Source: Amoebophrya sp. A120 (Eukaryota; Protista; Dinoflagellata). Taken from it: 36,952 bases of DNA. The position numbers and the translations under genes were made by a program. Shown piece by piece: positions 1-9,364 of the stretch. Numbering within the stretch: position 1 is the stretch's first letter; every line of letters begins with the position of its first letter. The DNA lies in NCBI GenBank assembly GCA_905178155.1, contig CAJINV010000006.1, positions 51,552 through 88,503 of the forward strand, in the 5' to 3' direction. The notes under the pieces are model-generated. The model worked only from the letters and a program-made list of their open reading frames with translations. It was not told where the DNA came from and searched no databases.

Positions 1-168
1 CGCGGATGTTTATTTTCATGCTAAGTGCCTAGGCCAAAACCTCTTTATTCACACTTAGTATGGGCCTGCAGTGCTGCTCTCCAGCAAGACAGCTCGGATT
101 TGTGTACCCAAATCCAGCATCAGAATAGTTTCGTTTTGAAAAGGGAGGGGGGGTTTTTCCTGTCGATA
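1..168. mobile_element. Introner family B, right part (cut by the window edge)
   Basis: Ends GGGAGGGGGGGTTTTTCCTGTCGATA followed by TTGTC; matches the end of the full copy at 6733-7064. Confidence 0.85.
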
Positions 169-1650
169 TTGTCGTTGCACCAAGAATATCACCTGTAAAA
201 ATGTCTGGGTCTGGAAACTTGTGATGCTACAATGTGCATGATGAAAACACTTCCGAATGCAGTCCGGCATGACAACTTCCCGAAACGCTTCCCCATAGGA
301 AATCCGCATGAGAAACTGCGTTTTTGCATGACAAAAGAGGCTGCGACTTTTGTTGGTTATGCAATACAGATTTTCTAGGTATGGAAAGCTAGCATTACAA
401 GTTCCGACATTTTTACAATCCATAAAGAACTCCGACCAAAGCCGCGGTTGTCGACACGCAGCAGTAATCCGGTGCAAAAGTATCGTACCTCGTAGTAATC
501 GCGTTTATGCATGACAAATCTCTTTTTCAAGGTAAATCAGCATGAGAAATTCCATTTGTCATGCTGAGCAAATTTGTAATGCGATTTACTACTAATGCGA
601 TGCTTTTGCATTTCATAGCACTAAATCGATACTGCGTGGTTGTTCTTTTTCTTGCGGCTTTTGAAGCAACATGTCGATGAAAGAATCCGGGTAGAACATC
701 GAACTTTCCAAGCCGCCTATGCAAAAAAAAAGCTGCGTTGGTGTAAGTCTTTTCGGAAAACAGCATCACAAGTTTGTCTGCCATGACAGGACAAACTTGT
801 GATGCGCAGATAGGAAGGGAAAACACATAGGAAGCGAGCCGATCATGCATGTCGAGCATGACACGTGTAACTGTTTTGCACTTTCTGCATCACAGATTTA
901 CACTTACACGGTTTTTTCCTTGCATACCGCCCGGAACCAACAGGGCAACCGTGATGGACGGCGGACGATCAGCGGCCGCCTTGGTGTGTTCTGGCGCTGG
1001 AAAATATTGCTATCCTGTGTAAAAACGTCCCCGCCCTATACTCAAGTTGGGAACTTAGCAACACAAATCTAGAAGTTTTGGGAGCCACGCATGACAAGTA
1101 CTGCAGTCCCTAGCGTAGTGCAGGTTCGTAAGAACAGCCGTGGATCACATATCCGTCTGCTCATCTCGTTTCCAGCAATTCAAATTCCAAAACTCGACTA
1201 GAAAAGCCTTTCATGGGGACCCGCATTTACAATTGTTTCTGTAGATGCAAATCTGCATGACAACTATGGGGTGGGGACGTTTTTGCTCAGGATAATTCGC
1301 ACCAGATCTTTACAGACGGTTCGACCACGACCTCCTTGACTACACCACGGTACTTGGTTATCGCAAGAAAAAGCTGTTTCACTGTGAACTTGTGATGCAG
1401 AAAATGGAGCACAGAACTATTTGTCTTGCTACACCTGCATAGAGTATTGGAGTTTCAACCGTGTTTTCCCCTATGGGAAACGCGTGCATGGCAAATTTTC
1501 TGTGTCATGTGTAGCAAACTTGTGATGCGGTTCTTGCAAAATCATCACAGTGAAACAGTTTTTTCGTGGGATATTGGTTCCGTCGGAGTACACCCGCCCG
1601 GTTTTGAAAAACTTGGCCGCCTGCAGGTAGTTTTGCGCAAACGACAGCAT
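1..1650 (-). CDS. Alpha/beta-hydrolase fold protein, 5' part, split by introners; runs off the window start
   Basis: Exons 1650-1574, 1353-1295, 1005-927, 712-618, 460-425 and 181-169 (element plus one 5-bp TSD removed) give MLSFAQNYLQAAKFF...ITVALLVPGGLESSMFYPDSF...DLVLRVDNRGFGRSSWCNDK with no stops. D-x-R-G-F-G-x-S is an Abhydrolase motif; the GHSMG nucleophile elbow is seen in the duplicate at 5461-7082. Confidence 0.85.
187..424. mobile_element. Introner family A
   Basis: TATCACCTGTAAAAATGTC...GACATTTTTACAATCCATA; TSD AAGAA. Confidence 0.9.
466..617. mobile_element. Introner family E (short)
   Basis: TIR core GCAAAAGTATCG/CGATGCTTTTGC; flanks GCAGT/GCACT; homologous to 28132-28292; left TAT mutated to AAT. 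Confidence 0.8.
718..926. mobile_element. Introner family F
   Basis: TATGCAAAAAAAAAG...TTTTTTCCTTGCATA; TSD CCGCC. Confidence 0.85.
1011..1294. mobile_element. Introner family C
   Basis: TATCCTGTGTAAAAACGTCCCC...GGGGACGTTTTTGCTCAGGATA; flanks ATTGC/ATTCG (diverged TSD). Confidence 0.9.
1359..1573. mobile_element. Introner family G
   Basis: TATCGCAAGAAAAAGCTGTTTCACTGTGA...TCACAGTGAAACAGTTTTTTCGTGGGATA; TSD TTGGT. Confidence 0.9.
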
Positions 1651-1984
1651 GGCGCTTTACTTGCTCCCCTCGGGGCAGCGCGGGAGAAACGAGGGCGAGA
1701 AGCAGCGCGAGGAAAACGACGAGATAACTTTGTTGTATAGTTGTTGTTTACACCGACGGCACACTGCACAAAATCAGCATGTAAAAGCGCCAAAAAATGC
1801 CTTTGCGCGTGACTGTTGTAGCAGCTTCAAATTTTCACCGAAGCAACTCAATGGTACCCTCGTGCAAGAGATTGCAAGAGATTTTGATCGCATGCGACTT
1901 CTTTGGAGAATTAAACGTTAGGAGGATGTTTTGACGCAAGAAACAAACACTTCACGCGAAATACAACGATGAACAAAACTGGGA

Positions 1985-2069
1985 CCAACAGCAGCAAGGA
2001 TGAGCTCCGTTCCAACAGCAGCAAGGATGGGACTACAACGATGAGCTCCGTTCCAACAGCAGCAAGGAT
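1985..2069 (+). repeat. Scrambled junction repeats, CCAACAGCAGCAAGGAT x3
   Basis: Copies at 1985, 2012 and 2053, interleaved with pieces of the array repeat (TGGGAC, TACAACGATGA). Confidence 0.85.
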
Positions 2070-2596
2070 TCAACGTGGGAGGTGCGGGTGCGGGAGGAGC
2101 TGGTGGAATTGCAGGTGCTGGCGGAGGTGCCGGTGTTGGAGGGGGAGGCGCAGCTGGTGGAGCAGGAGGTGGTGTCGCAGGAGGCGGTGCAGGTGGAGCA
2201 CCCGCCGCAAACCAGAACCTTCAGCCCGCCCCCCAAGCAGGTATCAACGGCGCACCTATCTTACAACGGATTGACGGCGTGGACGTGCACTGGGGCGCCG
2301 GGAACGTGGACGATGACTACCAGAAGGGATGGATTTTTTCGGTTATGCCTGCCCAGGCGCGAAACGACTGCCAGTTCGCCGCGGCGGGGAACGACAGCAT
2401 CGTGGAGAAGCTCCAAAACCTCTCCATGGCGCGCCTGACCACCATCCTCGGCCGCATCCACGACGACCGGAAAAACGCAGCAGTGCAGAACGACAACAAC
2501 GGAAACCAGTGGGGAAACAACCAAGGGGATCGGGCGCGGTGGATCCGGGCCTGCTTCCGGAGAAACCTCAACCACCTGCCGATCTCACCACCGTAG
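2045..2596 (+). pseudogene. 5'-truncated Gly/Ala-rich ORF fragment (cassette 1), unknown function
   Basis: Open frame ...QQQQGFNVGGAGAGG...HLPISPP* with GC-rich third positions; no ATG start, and the frame breaks at the array junction. Confidence 0.5.
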
Positions 2597-3013
2597 GGGT
2601 TAACTCTGGGAAAACTAAAAAGGCTTGATATTCGACAACGACGGCACATGTGGGCGGTTTTACCCCCCGCCTTGAAGATTTGCGTTTTCTCGCGACGTAG
2701 ATGTTCAAGACCCGCCCGTGAAAGAAACACAAAGACGATGATGTTGTTGTTTTCAAGATGTAGATGTTCCAGACCCGCCCGCGAAAAAGAAGAAGATGAT
2801 GACGAAGCACACACGCGATGTTGGTGCTGATCTTGATCAATGTTGGTGTGCAACAATCTCCGCGTTCTGGAGTTTGTAATGCAAATTGTCACAGGATGTT
2901 TTATTTTCACATTTATCTCGACATTCAAAAGATGAAGATCGTGGCGCGACAGAACGATCAAGATGAAGATGGAAAGATAAATTTGTGTTGCTGTTGCGAG
3001 GTCTTTGACGTAG

Positions 3014-3240
3014 CGGCAAACCGTCGCACATTCTCGATTTTTTGGAACGCGATGATGGAGATGATGAAAAAATCTTCACCGGCAAATCGTCGCACATTCT
3101 CGATTTTTTGGAACGCGATGATGGAGATGATGAAAAAATCTTCACCGGCAAATCGTCGCACATTCTCGATTTTTTGGAACGCGATGATGGAGATGATGAA
3201 AAAATCTTCACCGGCAAATCGTCGCACATTCTCGATTTTT
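3014..3240 (+). repeat. 66-bp tandem repeat, about 3.4 copies
   Basis: Near-identical units start at 3014, 3080, 3146 and 3212 (CGGCAAATCGTCGCACATTCTCGATTTTTTGGAACGCGATGATGGAGATG...). Confidence 0.95.
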
Positions 3241-3603
3241 CGAGATACACGAACGACGAAGAACTACAAACCTGACGACCCCAGTGTCGTGATATATTTC
3301 TTCACTTTTGAACGCGCAATTTCTCACCGAAACTAGGAAAGAAGAGTAAGAGAAGCACCGCTCAAAGTACGTCGCGGTAGGGTGCAACAGCAAGAATTTT
3401 CGGACTTTCTTGATTTGCCATGCTGTTTTTGAACCGTTACTATAGAAGCTCTCAAATTCTCAACCGGAAAATGAAAAATGAAAAACAAACACTATGATGA
3501 ATGCCAGCGATTTGCGCTGAGGTTTTTCCGGCCGTAATCTTTCCCTGTTCACGCGAAATCACAGCAGACTTCACGCGAAATACAACGATGAACAAAACTG
3601 GGA

Positions 3604-5200
3604 CGAAAAAATACAACGGAACCGCGGGTGGCCTCGGGCATCGGTGCAGAAAGGTGTCGAGCGGCGGCCCGTTCGGTCTTCTGCCTCTTCTTAGCTGTGG
3701 CGGACTTTACGCTGACACCCCTCGCGCCAACGGCGGTCGCCGCTTCTAATTCCCGAAGGCCATGCGCCTCTTCGCTCCGGTCCGTGCTGCCGCGCGCATC
3801 TTCGTCGCGCTCCTCCGGTTTGCGGTACTGCCATGCTGCATCGGTGAAAAGCAGAAAACATTCGTCGCTGTAGCTCCAGTTGATGAAGACGCCGACTTCT
3901 GGGAACTGTTTCAGGCGGCCCACGACTGCGTTAATCAGTCTGGCATCCTTGTAGTTCTTGTCCGCGTCGTTTCCGAGCGAAAGCAACCGAACCGCCAGGA
4001 GCACGTCCGTGCGCGTCGTCGTCAGGTACTGAACGCCACCCCGGATGGACTTCAGGTAGTGAACGCCACCCCGCACCGGGTGCGGCGATTCTTGAAGTGC
4101 CTCCCGGCCGAGAGCAACATGCGGATTTCCAAGTCCGACGGCGTTGGGCACTCGCAGGTAACATCGCGGGACTGCATGTGCCCACCGGGCACAAAGCGGA
4201 CCTTCAGGGTCATCAGCGTCTCTGAAACCCGCTTCAGGTCGCAAATCACCCTCGAACTAATCGCCTTCTGCTCCTCATCGCACGCCGTCCCGTCGAGGTA
4301 TCTCGAAATCGTTCCGCGGTCGAAAGCGCCGCGAAACTCGGCCACAAGTGCTCGCCGCATGTGGTCCCCCACCCGGAGAACATTGCGCAGCCAGGCCTGG
4401 TCGAGATCACAAATCTTCGTATGGGACCGGATTCGCTTCCGCAGCTCCGGGCCAAATCCCGGTCGGTCTATCAACAGCGTCCCGGACTCGAGGTTGTCCC
4501 GCTCGGCATCGCGCTCCAAGTTGAAGTGCTCGATCCGCAGGATGATCGTCCCCTGCTCAACGACCTTCGGCTCCGGCACAGGAGCAAACTCAACGGCGCC
4601 CATCGTCAGCTTGATCCAGGAAAACTTCTTGCCTGGCCCCGGTTCCTCGTCCGCCCCTGGCAGCTCGGCGCCACTGTTGAAGAGGTGCATTCCAGTTGGC
4701 GAAATCCTATCTGGGGCCAAGGAGAACAGACCGGCGTCGATAACGGTCCAAGCCGCTGCGTCGTCCGTGATCGCGCCGCTCGGTAGCGCGGTCAGGCTCC
4801 GGTGAAGGGCTCTGCGTTGTGTCCTCGTGGGCGTGACCATCTGCAGCTTCCCGCTGTTCTTCACCCGGTCTTGCTCTATGTACGGCCGCGGCTTCTCATC
4901 GTCGTGTGGGTTCTCGCTCGCTTCGAAAACTGTCTCTTCAAATTTCAAAGTGGGTCGGCTGTTGCTACTGCTGCTACTGCTGCTCCCTCCCCCGGGGGTA
5001 TTGTTGTGTGGGATGCGCTCCGGTGCTTGGCTGTTCCTCGCTTCTCCCTTCGCAAGGAGTCGTAGCGGGGGAGCAGGCGGGATTTTCCCGCTTTGGTCGA
5101 AAGCAGACGCGTCCACCATCACTAGTGGAGGGATGTTGAGGACATTATCGATGTCCACACGCGGCCGCAGGATTTCGGGATACACCAGGAACTGCGTCAC
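3604..5200 (-). mobile_element. Ty1/copia-like pol fragment (RT N-terminus plus RT C-terminus/RNase H start), RT core deleted (cassette 2)
   Basis: MRRALVAEF...KAISSRVICDLKR...LKVRFVPGGHMQ...CPTPSDLEIRMLL resembles the copia RT start (AM..E..., KARLVA.G..Q, .SP.....IR.LL). After a frame change near 4050-4085 comes KSIRGGVQYLTTTRTDVLLAVRLLS...GRLK...FTDAAW (cf. YRS.VG.L.YL..TRPD...AV..LS...YSDADW). Confidence 0.75.
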
Positions 5201-5393
5201 GGCCTTGCTGGCAAAACTGGGGCATTCAGAAAGCAGGCTCTATTTCTTACGACTGTCACGATGATATTTGTTAATGCACGAGTACGACTACGACTACGAC
5301 CCCAAAACGACCCAAGAGCTTAACGAGGAACTCGTCATTTTGACGCAAGAAACAAACACTTCACGCGAAATACAACGATGAACAAAACTGGGA

Positions 5394-5460
5394 GGGACAG
5401 ATGCGAAAAACAGTAGAAGAAAAAACCCATGTAGGGCATCAGCGTTGTTTCTTTCACATA
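5394..5460. mobile_element. Truncated introner end at the cassette boundary
   Basis: Ends GTTGTTTCTTTCACATA (TAT-N7-AAA on the minus strand) at the point where the hydrolase frame stops looking coding. Confidence 0.5.
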
Positions 5461-5795
5461 GAGCGGCAGCATCTGGTTTTGCAGGGTTTGGAGTTGTTGG
5501 AACGCGTCCCGCCCTGTTTTGCTCCACACACCATAGCGGCTCAGCGCGCCACTGGCCTGAAGCCCGGTCAGCTTGCCCCGCAACTCGATCACCTGGGGGT
5601 CGGTCGTGTACTTGGACAACCGGTCGGCTGCGGCGGTCACTGGGCTGGTTGCGGCGGAGGTCTTCATTGGGCTCTTGTCCTGGTGGTTAATGATCTCCTC
5701 TGCGCTGCTGCGCGCGGTTGTTCTGCTGCTATAGGGCGGGGCAGTTGACAGGAGGACTACATGCGACAGTTGTATTTTGTGTTTCAGCTGCAGCA

Positions 5796-6117
5796 TATCG
5801 TCGGAAGAAGCCCCCCCCTGCTCCCGATACTGAAAGGTCTGCGATGCTGATTTGTGGCCACGAATAAGCTCTGTCTTTTGCAAGCCGGCAAATCCGGAGG
5901 CTCCGCCACATTATAGTACAGGCGTTTTGTAATAAAACGCTGCAAGGCCGCCTACGCCGAAGACGTCTGCCATGCTAAGCGCCTACAGGAAAAAGTTCTA
6001 CTTAGGCTCAGTATCTGTGCCTGCAGTCCTCTACTGCAAGTGACAATAAAGCTGATTTGTGTACACAAATGGTTTGAATATGGGGATGAGCAGGGGGGAT
6101 TTTATTTCACGTTGATA
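5796..6117. mobile_element. Introner family B (variant TIR)
   Basis: TATCGTCGGAAGAAGCCCCCCCCTGCTC...GAGCAGGGGGGATTTTATTTCACGTTGATA; TSD CAGCA. Confidence 0.9.
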
Positions 6118-6270
6118 CAGCAATTCCTGCGCGGAAGCAGTTCCGTCTGCACCACGGTTGCTGGCGACGTCGGTGTGTATTTTCAGCGTCTTTCCGGCGA
6201 GCATTTCTGCCAAGCACTGCACGATCATTCCGCCCATGGAGTGGCCGATCAGGATCAGCTGGACATCGCA

Positions 6271-6592
6271 TATTGTGAGGAAAAATCCCCCCTCCCCATA
6301 CCAAAAAGGTGAACTACTGAAAATTTGTCATGCTGATTTGTGGCCACAAGTCGTCCCTTTATTGCAAGAGGGCAAAGCCAGAGAACCACCCGCGTTGCGC
6401 AGTCACTTTGTAATGCCGTATCGCCTCTAGAGGATATGCCTGCCTTGCTAGGTGCCTACAGCAAAACGCCTCTACTCAGGTGCTGCATCTGCCTGAAGTC
6501 CTCTACTGCTAGACAGATTGGATTTGTGTACACGAATACCGCATCACAGATTTCGGTTTTGATATGGGGAGGGGGGATTTTTCACTTTGATA
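6271..6592. mobile_element. Introner family B
   Basis: TATTGTGAGGAAAAATCCCCCCTCCCCATA...TATGGGGAGGGGGGATTTTTCACTTTGATA; TSD TCGCA. Confidence 0.95.
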
Positions 6593-6732
6593 TCGCAACA
6601 AGGGCTAGTTGCTGGTCCCCCGGTTACTACTTTCGTTCCCTTGGAGTCCACCTGCTCTTCCAGGACGGCTTCCAGGACCGCCAACGCATCTTTCGCCATG
6701 CGGTCTAGCGTGAAAGAGTACCTCTCCTTGTC

Positions 6733-7064
6733 TATCAAAGGGAAAATAAATCCCCCCTCCCCATACTGAAAAGGTATATTTTTGGAAATTTGTGATGCTG
6801 ATTTGTGGTCGCAAATCGTGTCTGTCTATACAAGAAGGCAACGCCGGGGTCTCCGCCGCATTGTGCAGGCAGTTTGTCATGCTGTTCGGACTACAGCGCG
6901 GATGTTTATTTTCATGCTAAGTGCCTAGGCCAAAACCTCTTTATTCACACTTAGTATGGGCCTGCAGTGCTGCTCTCCAGCAAGACAGCTCGGATTTGTG
7001 TACCCAAATCCAGCATCAGAATAGTTTCGTTTTGAAAAGGGAGGGGGGGTTTTTCCTGTCGATA
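6733..7064. mobile_element. Introner family B
   Basis: C-rich/G-rich TIRs; TSD TTGTC. Confidence 0.9.
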
Positions 7065-7082
7065 TTGTCGTTGCACCAAGAA

Positions 7083-7213
7083 TATCACCTGTAAAAATGT
7101 CTGGGTCTGGAAACTTGTGATGCTAAAATGTGCATGATGAAAACACTTCCGAATGCAGTCCGGCATGACAACTTCCCGAAACGCTTCCCCATAGGAAATC
7201 CGCATGAGAAACT
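7083..7213. mobile_element. Introner family A, left half (copy of 187-317), truncated by the array repeat
   Basis: Identity with 187-317 ends abruptly at the ACTTCACGCG repeat. Confidence 0.85.
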
Positions 7214-9364
7214 TCACGCGAAACACTTCACGCGAAATACAACGATGAACAAAACTGGGACGAAATTTGCTTTCCACCGATTCTACTACTCTCTTTGTCC
7301 TTCCAAACGCATCTGGTAGTTCTCGCACGAAAAAAACTTCGCCACACAAAAGAACACCAACATTGAATAAACATACAAGCCGCGTATAATTCAGGTAGCA
7401 ACGATATTTGGGATGAAAATAGGATGGCAGACGACCCGAGTAGAGGTGTCGGCAAATGTTGCGCCCAAAAAAAAACAATAGGGGTGTTCGGAAATAATTT
7501 TGGAACAAGGAACACCCTTCGTGTGCGAAGTAGGAGCGCCACTCGTCAGCGACTCCTCCAAGCTGCGCCGCAGTTCAAGTGGCGAGTTTGTTTATATTTT
7601 CATGATCCGCCGAAGGTTTTTAATGCTGGGGTCAGAACTTCTTCTTCTACCTCGAGAAGAGGAGATTCCTAACTTGCTAAAACTAGAGCAGCCTTTTTGG
7701 TTGCTTTTATGGTTTTTTAATACCCGAAGTGAAGTGTAGTGCAGCTGCCGTCCCTTGCAAAGGACGAGCAAAAGCGGTCTTCTACTTCTTCCAGGGGCTT
7801 CGACGGATGGTGTGTTCAGGGTTCCTGTGAAGTTCGTGCTAAGAGGGTTTCCGGTTTAGGCTATTTCGTGCTAGAGAAGAATATGGATGAGTCGGGGTAG
7901 GAAAATAAAAGCTGAATTTGCGATTACGATTTTCCCGTTTATTCGACTTAACTTTAACACGTCAAGTCGAATTACTTTGTTCCCCGTCATCTTCTTCAAA
8001 AATAGTGTTCAGGCCTAGCAGACGCAGCGTCCAAGAACGAACGCTACTTAGTAGGCTACGGTAAGTAAAGTAGGTGTGTATCAGATGAACTCCGGACGTA
8101 GTAGAAGGCTTATCTTCCTGGGAGATCATACTTCCTTGTGCGAAAGAGAAATTAGACCCAGCACCATAAGGTTTTATAATTCTTCCATCATTTCGATTTC
8201 TGTCAGCTTTTAATGGTGTCCTCGTCCTGTCATGCTTTCCAGGTTTTTTAGCGTGATAAGATATACTGTTTTCGCACAACAAAAATGCCCTGCGAATTTT
8301 TGGAGATCTTCATTTCCGTTGAAAGATTCAACATCCTCATCTTCGAAGCGCTAGTAGTACGGCTCAAGCTGTAGACCAGATAATCTCGTCATCTTTGCAG
8401 ACTAGTAGTTCTAGTATTCGTCGTCACAATGTGCCAGCCTTAGCAGATAAAATAAAAGGTAAAAAAGCGATTTGTGCACAACAGTGTTTTTCAGTACTAT
8501 TCCAGGAGCCCAAAGGCCATTTTCTTTTTACTCTTCACGACTTTTACATGTAACAGCAGACGTACTTTGACGTTTATCAATCTCGCTTCTTTGCTCTAAG
8601 GCTTCTCGCATTCGGTGTTGGGCGAATTTTGTGCGATTATTGCCTATGAGCAATGTCAGAGACTGCATGGTAAAACAGCCGGTCATGAGTCAAGTAACTG
8701 GGCCAAATGACTGCTGGGTCAAGCAACAAGCTACGGTGTTGACTCAAGTATCGTACAGTAAGTCGAACATATACAAAATAACGTATACAGCCGTCGCCGT
8801 AAGGCTAAAGCTGCGGCGCCCGTGGCGCGCCTCACAGATAGTTAGGTGTAGAGCATTATACACGTCGGTAAATAAATCAGAACTATAAAGGGCCTACGTA
8901 TACCCAATTCCATTGTGCTTGAAATACTAATACAGTGTAGGTCCGCAAGCCGATCGATCAAGTCTTGATTTGGATTAGTTCCGCAACGGAGAGGACACCA
9001 AGCCAGGCGATGCGGCTTTCCGCGATCTTTATGGGAGCGTCAGGCCGGAAATTTCATTCTGCAAAACGGAAGAAGCTTCTCAAGCTAAAGCTTGACATTT
9101 TTAGTACTCGTGACGCAAAACGCACCTAAAGGTGACTAAATTTCTAAGAAAGAATCAAATTTGTTTTCTTGGGAGGTTCTTTTGCGGATTTATTTCTTCT
9201 ACGTATCTATTCATACATAGAAGAAACCCTTCTCAACAAGAACCGCGGCGGGCGTCTCTACTCATCATCATCATCTTTGTGTTTGTCCGTGACATTGTAA
9301 ATTGTCTTTTCTCATCCTTCTTTGAGTGGACGCACACTCGAACACAGATTTGTGACGGCCGGCG

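Larger units (their letters stand above)
5461..7082 (-). pseudogene. Duplicated internal fragment of the alpha/beta hydrolase gene, introners retained (cassette 3)
   Basis: 6897-7213 equals 1-317 (one mismatch seen). Excision gives WCNDKERYSFTLDRMAKDALAVLEAV...VQLILIGHSMGGMIVQCLAEML...HKIQLSHVVLLSTAPP. It has no start or stop and both ends are cut inside introners. Confidence 0.85.
1929..7260 (+). repeat. Direct-repeat array: 4 copies of ACTTCACGCGAAATACAACGATGAACAAAACTGGGA separating three 1.6-1.8 kb unique cassettes
   Basis: Identical 36-bp core at 1949-1984, 3568-3603, 5358-5393 and 7225-7260. Copies 1 and 3 extend to 56 bp (1929-1984, 5338-5393). Periods are 1619, 1790 and 1867 bp. Confidence 0.9.

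Noticed and set aside
1969-2274. Genes starting at the ATG inside the array repeat (MNKTG...)
   Set aside because: The downstream frames differ between copies, are short, and are out of frame with the coding-like cassette ORF.
3014-3240. CRISPR-like repeat
   Set aside because: The units are contiguous and identical, with no unique spacers.
1929-7260. Bona fide CRISPR array or integron
   Set aside because: Spacers are kilobases long, the repeat is not palindromic, there are no cas or integrase genes, and the context is eukaryotic. Only the architecture is analogous.
7261-9260. Genes or RNA genes in the AT-richer intervals (also 23.7-25.2 kb and 33.5-34.6 kb)
   Set aside because: Only short ORFs without motifs or codon bias; no tRNA or rRNA signatures seen.
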